Of a stretch of 64,000 nucleotides of DNA, positions 38,696 through 47,876 are shown in pieces. The notes below the pieces were generated by a model. That model saw only the letters and a list, made by a program, of their open reading frames with translations. It had not been told where the DNA came from and did no database searches. The stretch is from positions 16,242-80,241 of the forward strand of contig PBKN01000009.1 of the NCBI GenBank assembly GCA_002721445.1, in the 5' to 3' direction. Position 1 is the first letter of the stretch. Each line of letters starts with the position of its first letter. Source of the stretch: Chloroflexota bacterium (lineage in GTDB: Bacteria > Chloroflexota > Dehalococcoidia > Lucifugimonadales > GCA-002723415). Position numbers and translations under genes: made by a program.

Positions 38696-40267
38696 TTAAG
38701 GTATAGCTCTTCCAGCCAAAACACCGGTACATTTTTCATTATCTACAGCTATTTGACCATTAACTAAAACAAAAGGGATGCCTGAAGGAAATTGCTTTGG
38801 ATCATCATAAGTTGAATTATCAATCAAATTTTCTGAATGAAATATAGTTATATCCGCAAAATAACCCTTTTTAATAAGCCCTCTATCTTTTAAACCAAAT
38901 CTAACAGCTGGATTTTGCGTAACTCTTTGAATGAGAGTCTCTAGTTTAACTCCTCCAAATCTACGTCTAAATCTCCCCAGAAATCTAGGAAATGTTCCAT
39001 AAGCTCTAGGATGTGGCATACTCCCTAGAGGAATAGCATCACTACCAATCATATAATCTGGTCTCGATAACAATTTCAAAGCATCTTGACTCAATTGATT
39101 CCAAACTTGAACATTATGAGGAGGAGCACCTAGATAACCTATTTGCATATCACATTCATCAAGTAATTCTACCAATGTTTCTCCTAAAGAAAGTTTCCTG
39201 ATTTGGGCAATATCTGAAATTGTCATACCTTCATAAGATGTATTTTTTGGAACATAAGTTAACACTGCATCAGATAAAGGCTTATCATTTAAATATTCAA
39301 TAATTCTATTCCTACTATTTACTTCAGTCAACAGATTTTTCATTTCATCTATACCACCAATATGATATTGACTAGGAAGAAAACTCATAGGAAAAGTACT
39401 ACCAGTGGGATAAGGGTATAATTCTAAAGTAATATCAACTCCCTCTTTTTTTGCTTTTTCTATTGGTTCTAGAATTTCATCTGTTTTACCTGGGTTATTA
39501 GGAGCAGTCCTGAAATGTGAAAAATGTACCGGTACACCTGATTTTCTTCCAATTTCTAAAGCTTCAGCTACATTACCTCCACCATAAGCTCTGTCTATAT
39601 TCACATCTCTTAAATGAGTAATATATACTCCTCCATAATCTTTAACAACTTTACATAATTCTATTAATTCTTCCGTATCACTCCATGCTTGAGGATGATA
39701 TGATAATCCAGTAGCAAGACCAATTGCACCTTGACTCATACCTTCAGCAATTAAATCCTTAGCAGTTTTCAGATATTTTCCAGTCATTGGTTTATCATTA
39801 AAGCCTAAGACTTCTAAACGTAAAGCTCCATGTGCAATTGGATATGCTGTATTAATAGAAACTTTCTTATCATAATGTGAACGAAATTTTTCAACACTAC
39901 TCATATCCAAGTCTTCAGGAGGTTCACCTAATATTCCTGAAAGATATTTTCTATATATCTTATAATTTTCTTTAGATAAAGGAGCATAAGATAAACCATC
40001 TTGTCCTAATATTTCTGTAGTAATTCCTTGCCTTATGCCATTAGCATGTTGGGGGTCTATTAACAGAACTCCATCAGAATGAGCATGAGTGTCAATAAAT
40101 CCAGGAGATACAATATACCCAGTTGCATCTATTTTTTTCTTACTTATAGAATCAGATAAATCCCCAATTACTTTTATTCTATCCGAGACAATTCCTATGT
40201 CTGAAATAAATCCTGAAGAATCACTACCATCTATAATTGTTCCATTAGATATTATTACATCAAACAT
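38696..40267 (-). CDS. N-acyl-D-amino-acid deacylase (D-aminoacylase) family amidohydrolase
   Basis: FDVIISNGTIIDG..., PGFIDTHAHSD, C-terminal G.FADITIF and GVLAGRAI. Confidence 0.75.
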   Translation of the reverse strand: MFDVIISNGTIIDGSDSSGFISDIGIVSDRIKVIGDLSDSISKKKIDATGYIVSPGFIDTHAHSDGVLLIDPQHANGIRQGITTEILGQDGLSYAPLSKENYKIYRKYLSGILGEPPEDLDMSSVEKFRSHYDKKVSINTAYPIAHGALRLEVLGFNDKPMTGKYLKTAKDLIAEGMSQGAIGLATGLSYHPQAWSDTEELIELCKVVKDYGGVYITHLRDVNIDRAYGGGNVAEALEIGRKSGVPVHFSHFRTAPNNPGKTDEILEPIEKAKKEGVDITLELYPYPTGSTFPMSFLPSQYHIGGIDEMKNLLTEVNSRNRIIEYLNDKPLSDAVLTYVPKNTSYEGMTISDIAQIRKLSLGETLVELLDECDMQIGYLGAPPHNVQVWNQLSQDALKLLSRPDYMIGSDAIPLGSMPHPRAYGTFPRFLGRFRRRFGGVKLETLIQRVTQNPAVRFGLKDRGLIKKGYFADITIFHSENLIDNSTYDDPKQFPSGIPFVLVNGQIAVDNEKCTGVLAGRAIP

Positions 40268-40408
40268 AATTACTCCAAATGAATATTAAAATATTTACAC
40301 CATTCTAAACTAAATTAATAATAAATATCTATATAAAATAAAGATAAAAAGTGTAATATAATACTAATTCAAAACATATATATTTAAATATGAAATTGGA
40401 GATTAATA

Positions 40409-40783
40409 ATGCCAATAATAGACCACAACAAAATTACTGAAAGTCCCTGGAGACCAAATTATAGGAAATGGAATATAACTCAATCAAATGACGGCACTAC
40501 TAGCAGCGATTTATCTTATAGCGAAGTAGGAGTCGGAACAGGCGCACCTCTTCATAAACATGAAAGTGATGAACTAATAGTAGTATTAGAAGGTGAAATT
40601 GAAGCAAAGTTAGGTGATAAAACTCAGTTAGTTAACAAAGACCATACACTTGTAATCCCACCAAATACTCCTCATGGATTTAAAAATGTTGGGAAAAACA
40701 AAGCTAAAATATTAACTTTTTTCCCGATTCAAAATCCTTTTGACCACACTGATTATTTAGAAGGTTCAAAACCTAATTCATAG
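40409..40783 (+). CDS. cupin domain protein
   Basis: PLHKHESDELIVVLEGE...PPNTPHGFKN. GGAG SD. Confidence 0.7.
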   Translation: MPIIDHNKITESPWRPNYRKWNITQSNDGTTSSDLSYSEVGVGTGAPLHKHESDELIVVLEGEIEAKLGDKTQLVNKDHTLVIPPNTPHGFKNVGKNKAKILTFFPIQNPFDHTDYLEGSKPNS

Positions 40784-43627
40784 TTATGGTTTAACTTTAA
40801 ACATTTTATCTGGGATTGGAGAAAGTAAGTTAACAGGTATTGGTTCAAAAATACTATTATTTTTCGACCATAATATCTTCATCATAGAAGAATTCAAATT
40901 GAATAAATTTTTAAATTCAATTTGAATTCTATTTTCACCCTTGTTTAAATATACAGGTTCATACTCTACACTTGAATATGAAGAAGCTTTTTCTTGTAAA
41001 GTATTAAAATTTAGATTAATAATCACTTCACTTTGAGAATCAATTTTAAAAATATAATTGTCATCAGTTGGAATATTTATATATGCTTCAAATAAAGAAG
41101 TATTAGGTTCTTCTAATTTACTTTCATACCAAAATGGCTCAGAAGAATTTATTATATACGAATTATAATCATCATTATTTATTACTACATTAGGTTCAAT
41201 TGAAAAGAAAGATGCTAAAAATCCATACGGTTGAATAGGTTCTTTATATAAATTATTATTACCTATCAATTCAAAACCTTTCCCAGGAGGCTTCCAATAT
41301 AGAGCAGTAAAATAATTATAATCTATATTATCCCCTTCAATCAAAATCTTATGTATTCCAACTGCTGGATATAGATCTATGGATTTTTTATTTTTACTTA
41401 AAATTGGTCTGCCATCAAAGTACATTTGAACATCATCTTTTGATTCCAAATAAAATTTATATAAACCAGGTTCTTTTATATAAATAGCACCTTCCCAAAC
41501 ATAACTTTCAGGAACTTTACTTGAATATTTTTCAATATTCCAATTCTGTTGGCTAAATAAAAGTGTTTCATATACTTCTTCTTTATTAGAATAAATATAT
41601 TTAGCATTTAATCCATTTGACAAAGTTAAATCATCTTTATTTAATACTGCAAGATAGTAGAGCAAAATTTCTTCGTTAGGTGAAGTAATTATTGAATACT
41701 GACCATTAGGATAATATAGTTTTAATAAATCATACATACCTTTATCTCTTGGTTCTAAATATATTGCTACACCTTGCTCAATAAGATTTGGTGAAATAGG
41801 CAATTCTTCTGGAAGAATCACTAGGAAATCATCATTATCTGTAAGAACATTTAAGGTTAAAGATCCATAAAAATGCCTAGATCCTCTAATATCAAAACCA
41901 TCCTGTCGTTTATTTATAATATCTTGAGCAATTAATGTATGATCAGTAGAAAATGCAGAATAAACTTTATCATCTGTAGAGTATGTGTAAAAATAAAAAT
42001 ATATATTCAAAAATATAATGAGAATAACAATAAACCCAAAAAGATAATTTATTTTACTTCTTATAAATTTCCATGGAACTATACTGCTAAATATCCAAAA
42101 AGTATTTATTCCTAATGTAATAATAATGATTACAGGAGGAATAACTCCTATAGTTTTCATAGAATCTGGCGTATTCCATGAAATACTCAATATCCCCGGT
42201 AACAACATAAAAAATAACCAAATAAGCAAAAATCTAAAACGTAAATCTTTATAATTAGCTAAGCAAACTGATAAACCCATTATTAAAAACACACCTGAAA
42301 TAAAATCTAACATTGGGAAACCTACTACATTATGCCTAGGATTAGAATCACCTAAGTAATTAAACATTGCTAAATATTCAGAAAAATTCCTGATAATTTG
42401 ATATATAAATTCATCTATATCAAAATTATTAAATATATAATCATTTGTAGGGTTAATTAAAACACCTTGTCCATTCATAAACATAGATAGGATTGATGGG
42501 GCAGAAATTATTAAAACCCCCAAAACAATAAACATTATTTTTTGTAAATATTTATACCAATTAAAATCTAAGAATTGACGAGAATAAGTAAATAAATATA
42601 AAAAAATAACAATCGAGAAAATACAAAAAGAAAAATTAAACCAAACCCCTAAACCTAATACTCCTCCTAAACCCGCATAATCTAATGGCTTATTATTTTT
42701 TAAAGTTCTAAATAACATCCAAGAAGCTAAAAGCAGTAATAAGGGTAAAACAATTATAGGTAAACTCATTCTACTCCATATTAATTCCCATCTCATTGTC
42801 GCAATCAATAAGCTTGAAATTAATGCAATCCGATTACCAAAAATAAGCCTTACAAATAAGAACATAAAAATTATTGATAATAATGATATAAAAATACTCT
42901 GTATCCTCCCTACAGACACAGAAACCCCAAATAGTTCTATTAAAAATGTTGTAGGAAGTAAATATAAATTAGAAATATTAATAGATTGTGAATATTCAGA
43001 TATTTGATTTAAATTATCTATTAAAGATTTTGCTTCCCAAATTATAACTGCTTCTTCATACCATAAACCTTTAGGTAGTTTATTAATATTATATATTCTT
43101 AGAATAAAAGCTAAAATTAAAATAAAAAATAATAAAACCCATATAAAAGAAATATTAATATTTTTAATATTAAGGTTCTCATAATTTACTATTAATTTTA
43201 ATTTTTCAATAACAAATAATGAATAAAAACTAATTATTGAAAATATAAAAAATAATAAAGCAAAAGCATTATAATCATTATTTCTAAATAACAAACATGC
43301 AATAATACACATTGTAAAACTAAAAATTAAAAAAATTATTCTCATATTATTCCATTTGAAAATAAATTCAGAATTTTTATACGACGTAGAAAAATTTTTT
43401 TGAAAAATAAAATTTTTAGCACTTCTTACTGCAAAGAACATTGCTACAAAAGAAATACATAACGGAGTTATAGACCATATATATTTTTCATTAGTAATTA
43501 AAATTTGAAAAATTACTGCTAATATAAATGAAAAAAATACTAAAATAAACCGCATAGAGTTAGACGATTTAGAACTCATTTGGAATTTTAAATTATAATT
43601 TTTATACATAAAGTAATATCTGAACAA
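40784..43627 (-). CDS. GT-C fold (PMT_2/ArnT-like) membrane glycosyltransferase fused to C-terminal PA14-like domains
   Basis: About 560 aa of polytopic membrane domain with a first-loop acidic motif (KGLWYEEA). It is followed by GLNAKYIYS...YVWEGAIYIKEPGLYKFYLESKDDVQMYFDGRPIL (PA14 pattern) and a second similar module. The start is uncertain (TTG 43627, ATG 43609 or ATG 43579). Confidence 0.6.
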   Translation of the reverse strand: MFRYYFMYKNYNLKFQMSSKSSNSMRFILVFFSFILAVIFQILITNEKYIWSITPLCISFVAMFFAVRSAKNFIFQKNFSTSYKNSEFIFKWNNMRIIFLIFSFTMCIIACLLFRNNDYNAFALLFFIFSIISFYSLFVIEKLKLIVNYENLNIKNINISFIWVLLFFILILAFILRIYNINKLPKGLWYEEAVIIWEAKSLIDNLNQISEYSQSINISNLYLLPTTFLIELFGVSVSVGRIQSIFISLLSIIFMFLFVRLIFGNRIALISSLLIATMRWELIWSRMSLPIIVLPLLLLLASWMLFRTLKNNKPLDYAGLGGVLGLGVWFNFSFCIFSIVIFLYLFTYSRQFLDFNWYKYLQKIMFIVLGVLIISAPSILSMFMNGQGVLINPTNDYIFNNFDIDEFIYQIIRNFSEYLAMFNYLGDSNPRHNVVGFPMLDFISGVFLIMGLSVCLANYKDLRFRFLLIWLFFMLLPGILSISWNTPDSMKTIGVIPPVIIIITLGINTFWIFSSIVPWKFIRSKINYLFGFIVILIIFLNIYFYFYTYSTDDKVYSAFSTDHTLIAQDIINKRQDGFDIRGSRHFYGSLTLNVLTDNDDFLVILPEELPISPNLIEQGVAIYLEPRDKGMYDLLKLYYPNGQYSIITSPNEEILLYYLAVLNKDDLTLSNGLNAKYIYSNKEEVYETLLFSQQNWNIEKYSSKVPESYVWEGAIYIKEPGLYKFYLESKDDVQMYFDGRPILSKNKKSIDLYPAVGIHKILIEGDNIDYNYFTALYWKPPGKGFELIGNNNLYKEPIQPYGFLASFFSIEPNVVINNDDYNSYIINSSEPFWYESKLEEPNTSLFEAYINIPTDDNYIFKIDSQSEVIINLNFNTLQEKASSYSSVEYEPVYLNKGENRIQIEFKNLFNLNSSMMKILWSKNNSIFEPIPVNLLSPIPDKMFKVKP

Positions 43628-43630
43628 CTG

Positions 43631-46066
43631 TTATTCTGAATGTACAATTCCTTGTTCGAAAAGTAAATCAATCTGCTTACTACTATAATTTAAATTAGCT
43701 AATATTTCCCTAGTATGCTCCCCTAACTTAGGAGTTGTTTTGAATTTATTATAATGAGTGTTTTCAAATCTAATTAAATTTCTTAAATATTTCATATCAC
43801 CATAATCTTTATGATAAGATTCACCAACAATATCATCTGAAACAACTTCAGAATCATCAAAAAAATATTTATTGTAATTTAAAGATAATTTAATAATATT
43901 AATACCAAATTCCCTTAAATTCTTAACACAAAAGGATGAATTGTTACTTTCAAAAAATTCTTCAAATTTTAATTTTAAATTATTTGAACCATATTGAATA
44001 TTTTCAAATTTATCATTATCATCTAAATTTTCCATAGAAATATTCAAATATTTTAAAAAAGAATCAAATTGATCATTTGAATTAATTATCAAATATATCC
44101 AGCCGTCTTTTGTTTTATATATTCTATGAATTAAAGACATTCCATATTGATCAGGATCTGAATATTTACGTATTTTTTTCCCTTTATATTTTAGGAATTC
44201 TTCACTACTTAATAATATACCTGCATCTAATAAAGAAGCTTTAGCCGTTTGGATTATACCTTTGGTTTCACGAACATATAAAGCCATAACTGCACCTAAA
44301 ACACCTAAGGCGCCACCTGTATAATCAGTAGGTGCTTGTTCCCCTAAAAAAACTGGCCCATTATCTGCTCCACCTTGAGCGTGTTGCAAGCCCATCCATG
44401 CTTGAGACAAAGGATCTAATCCTGCTCTATGTGCATATGGTCCTTCCCATCCAAACGCAGTTACATGAGTTTCAATAATCTTAGGATTAACTGATCTAAT
44501 TATTTCAGTTGACAGTCCCATTCTATCAGTCGCACCTGGTCTTAAATTTGCAACTAAAATATCAGAGTTTGATGCTAAATCTAATGCTATTTTTTTACCT
44601 AATTCAGTTTTAGTATTAAATGATATTGAACGTTTTTGAGCATTTAAATATAAAAACATCAATGTACCAGCTGGCCTTGATATATCTCCATGTAAAGGTT
44701 CCATTTTAATTACATCAGCACCTAAATCGCCTAAAATCCTACCCAATGATGGCCCAGCAATAACATTTGTTGATTCAATAACTTTAATACCATTCAAAGG
44801 TGGTTCCATTATATTTTCAACTATTTTCTTATTTTCAATATCAGTTAAGTCAAAATCACCATTAAGATTAAATTCATTAATTATTTTATCTGTATCTTCT
44901 CCAGAAATGTGGCGAGGAGACCTAATATGTCCAGGAGTTTCAGAAAATTTAATAGGTAGACCCATTTGGGAAACGGTGCTCAATATAGGGTCGTCAACAT
45001 CAACAATCATTTGATTATATATAGCTTGGGGGTTATTCATTGATTCCTGTACTGTGCAAACTTTAGCATAAGGTACATCAATACTTTCAAATATTTCAGC
45101 CCATTCAGAATAATTTTTGGTCTTAATTACTCCAGCTACTATATCCCATAACTCTTCACGGTCTTTTTCAGTTTCAGGATCTCTTCCTTCTCCAAACCTA
45201 GGCTGATATATAACTTCAATTAAATCCATAACAGCTGCTGCGCGATCTATAAATTCTCCATGCACACATGCTAATTGAATCCAATTTCCATCAGCACACT
45301 CCATTACGCTATAGAAAGGACCTGCACCAAATGGAGGAGGTTTAGGATAAGCAAAATCCCCATTATCATCTGTTTCAGTTGATGATTTCCCACTTACATG
45401 AGAAGAAATTTTTTTAGGACTATCATCTTTATCAACACCAAACCTATAACCGTCACTTTTAATTTTGGGCTGATACATCAAAGCTCCTGACATTAAAGAA
45501 GTTTCTACTTTCCTACCATTTCCTGTTTTTGCCATAGAAAACAGTGAACTTACTATACCTATAGCTGATAGTATACCTGTAGAAACGTTAACTAATGGGT
45601 GAATTAGATGAGCTGGCCCATTTCTAAATGTAGGAATCCTATCAAGCACACCTAATCTAGCTAGTATTAAATCGACTAAAGGTTTTTCATTTTTAAGTAA
45701 AGAATTTTTGCCATAGGTAGTTATAGAAGCATGAATAAGTTTAGAATTTATAGAATATAAAGTATTTTTGTTTATAATTTTTTGTTTATTTGAAGATAAA
45801 GCGAAATCATCTATTAAAACATCGCAAAGTGAAATTAATTCATAAAGCCTTTTTCTATCTTTTAAGATATTTTGATAATCTAAAAAAATACTTTCTTTAC
45901 CTCTATCCCATACAGAAAAACCTGGAGATTTACGGCTATCAATTGACTTAACATCCTCTACTCTTATAACTCTTGCTCCATTATCACACAGCAACATAGT
46001 TGCATATGCACCAGCCAGTCCATCAGTCAAATCTAAAACTAAAAGGTTATCTAAAGAACTAGCCAA
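43631..46066 (-). CDS. tandem (duplicated) family III CoA-transferase (CaiB/BaiF-type), 811 aa
   Basis: There are two copies of the N-terminal Rossmann signature. The first is LLVLDLTDGLAGAYATMLLCDNGARVIRVE (aa about 9-38). The second is IKVIESTNVIAGPSLGRILGDLGADVIKME (aa about 435-465). Only the second half shows the G.D...QA..G catalytic-Asp motif (GLDPLSQAWMG). TTG start with AGGAG upstream. Confidence 0.7.
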   Translation of the reverse strand: MASSLDNLLVLDLTDGLAGAYATMLLCDNGARVIRVEDVKSIDSRKSPGFSVWDRGKESIFLDYQNILKDRKRLYELISLCDVLIDDFALSSNKQKIINKNTLYSINSKLIHASITTYGKNSLLKNEKPLVDLILARLGVLDRIPTFRNGPAHLIHPLVNVSTGILSAIGIVSSLFSMAKTGNGRKVETSLMSGALMYQPKIKSDGYRFGVDKDDSPKKISSHVSGKSSTETDDNGDFAYPKPPPFGAGPFYSVMECADGNWIQLACVHGEFIDRAAAVMDLIEVIYQPRFGEGRDPETEKDREELWDIVAGVIKTKNYSEWAEIFESIDVPYAKVCTVQESMNNPQAIYNQMIVDVDDPILSTVSQMGLPIKFSETPGHIRSPRHISGEDTDKIINEFNLNGDFDLTDIENKKIVENIMEPPLNGIKVIESTNVIAGPSLGRILGDLGADVIKMEPLHGDISRPAGTLMFLYLNAQKRSISFNTKTELGKKIALDLASNSDILVANLRPGATDRMGLSTEIIRSVNPKIIETHVTAFGWEGPYAHRAGLDPLSQAWMGLQHAQGGADNGPVFLGEQAPTDYTGGALGVLGAVMALYVRETKGIIQTAKASLLDAGILLSSEEFLKYKGKKIRKYSDPDQYGMSLIHRIYKTKDGWIYLIINSNDQFDSFLKYLNISMENLDDNDKFENIQYGSNNLKLKFEEFFESNNSSFCVKNLREFGINIIKLSLNYNKYFFDDSEVVSDDIVGESYHKDYGDMKYLRNLIRFENTHYNKFKTTPKLGEHTREILANLNYSSKQIDLLFEQGIVHSE

Positions 46067-46113
46067 TTAATAGATTCTCCTATATTTAGAATTAAATTAA
46101 AGTAATTATAATA

Positions 46114-46374
46114 TTATAATTTAGCTTTAACTATTGCTTTCAATTCTTTCATTCGAGTCAAAGTTGGAGTTTCACCATTTTCATCTTTTTTGTCATAAAT
46201 CTCTTCATTATCTAATATCACTTTTAAAACTCCTGAATCACCTGGGGTTAAAGTTATAGCAATATTTCCAGCTCCAACACTATAGAATTCAGCAACCATC
46301 CAGGCTGCTACAGCATGGTAACCTCAAGGAACGCAGTATTTTATCTCCATATTTATCTTTGATTTAAATGACAT
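46114..46374 (-). CDS. Rdx/SelW-like selenoprotein (TGA at 46324..46326 read as Sec)
   Basis: Hand translation: MSFKSKINMEIKYCVP-TGA-GYHAVAAWMVAEFYSVG...GVLKVILDNEEIYDKK..G..P. This matches the CxxU motif plus the Rdx fold pattern. AAGGA lies 6 nt before ATG 46374. ATG 46350 is an alternative start. Confidence 0.7.
46290..46310 (-). promoter_or_regulatory. candidate bacterial SECIS hairpin for the SelW-like gene
   Basis: mRNA U-AGCAGCC-[UGGAU]-GGUUGCU-G. The stem is 8 bp (two G-U) and starts 14 nt after UGA. The G-containing apical loop starts 22 nt after UGA. Confidence 0.5.
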
Positions 46375-46533
46375 AATAAATCCTTAAAATTTAGTATTTT
46401 ATGATTGCAGAATGTAACATGTACAAAACTAAAGTGTCAAGAATTTTATACAAAAAAATAATGCTATATATTTAATATATACTTTTAGTATAATAGTACT
46501 TATTAACAAAACATAATTAATTCAAATTAACAA

Positions 46534-47829
46534 ATGGCAACAATAAAAAATATAATCGCAAGAGAAATATTAGATTCGAGAAGTTACCCGACTGTAGAAG
46601 TTGAGCTAATTTTATCTAATGGAATAAAATCATTAGCATCTGTTCCTTCTGGAGCAAGTACCGGTTCAAATGAAGCAAAAGAAATTAGAGACAATGACGA
46701 AAGTAGATACCACGGCTATGGAGTCAGAACCGCAATTAATAACATTCAAAAATATATCTGCCCTGAACTCATTGGAAAAAACATTTTTAATCAAAAAGAA
46801 ATAGATCTCACAATGATTAATATTGATGGAACCAAGCAAAAATCAAAATTAGGTGCTAATGCAATTCTTGGTGTGTCTATAGCCGTTCTAAAAGCTGCTG
46901 CTTTGACATCAAATAAACCTATATATTTATATATAAATGATTTAAATGAAAATCAAAATTTATCTTTGCCAGTACCTATGCTAAATGTTATTAATGGTGG
47001 CAAACATGCTGAAAATTCAAACGATTTTCAAGAATTTATGATTATACCAGTAGGTTTTGAAAAATTTAAAGATGCTTTAAGAGCTGGAGCTGAGGTTTAC
47101 CAAGAAATAAAATTAATTTTACGTAAAAGTAAAAAAATATCATCTATTGGAGATGAAGGAGGCTACGCCCCGTCTTTAAAATCAAATGAAGAAGCTATTG
47201 AATTATTAGTTGATGCAATATCAAAATCAGGTTATATACCAGGTAAACATATTTTTATTGGTTTAGATATAGCTTCAACTGAGTTGTATAAAGATAATAA
47301 ATATAACTTAATTTCAGAAAACACCTCACTTATATCAAACGATTTGATAAAAATGTATAGTGATTTAGTTAGCAAATATCCAATTATTAGCATTGAAGAT
47401 GGAATAATGGAAAATGATTGGAAAAGTTGGCAAATGCTTACATCCGAAATCGGTAACCATGTACAAATAGTTGGAGATGATTTGTATGTTACTAATCCAG
47501 AAAGAATAAAAAAAGGAATAGAATTAAAAGCAAGTAATGCAGTATTAATCAAACTAAACCAAATAGGAACAGTTACAGAAACTATAGAAGCCATAAAAGA
47601 AACTCAGAAAGTTAATTGGGGAACAATTATCAGCCATAGATCTGGTGAAACCGAAGACACTGTAATATCAGATATAGCTGTTGGAATGAATTCTGGACAA
47701 ATAAAATGTGGAGCACCTGCAAGAGGTGAAAGAACTGCTAAATACAATAGGTTAATAAGAATTGAAGAAGAATTGGGAGACAAAAGTAGATTTTTAGGCA
47801 AAAATATTTTTTATAATTTCAACAATTAA
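46534..47829 (+). CDS. eno: enolase
   Basis: AREILDSR..PTVEVE, SHRSGETEDT, 431 aa. Confidence 0.92.
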   Translation: MATIKNIIAREILDSRSYPTVEVELILSNGIKSLASVPSGASTGSNEAKEIRDNDESRYHGYGVRTAINNIQKYICPELIGKNIFNQKEIDLTMINIDGTKQKSKLGANAILGVSIAVLKAAALTSNKPIYLYINDLNENQNLSLPVPMLNVINGGKHAENSNDFQEFMIIPVGFEKFKDALRAGAEVYQEIKLILRKSKKISSIGDEGGYAPSLKSNEEAIELLVDAISKSGYIPGKHIFIGLDIASTELYKDNKYNLISENTSLISNDLIKMYSDLVSKYPIISIEDGIMENDWKSWQMLTSEIGNHVQIVGDDLYVTNPERIKKGIELKASNAVLIKLNQIGTVTETIEAIKETQKVNWGTIISHRSGETEDTVISDIAVGMNSGQIKCGAPARGERTAKYNRLIRIEEELGDKSRFLGKNIFYNFNN

Positions 47830-47876
47830 ATTATAATTATCAAAAATTTAAATTAATAAATCATTTGGAGAGTGAA

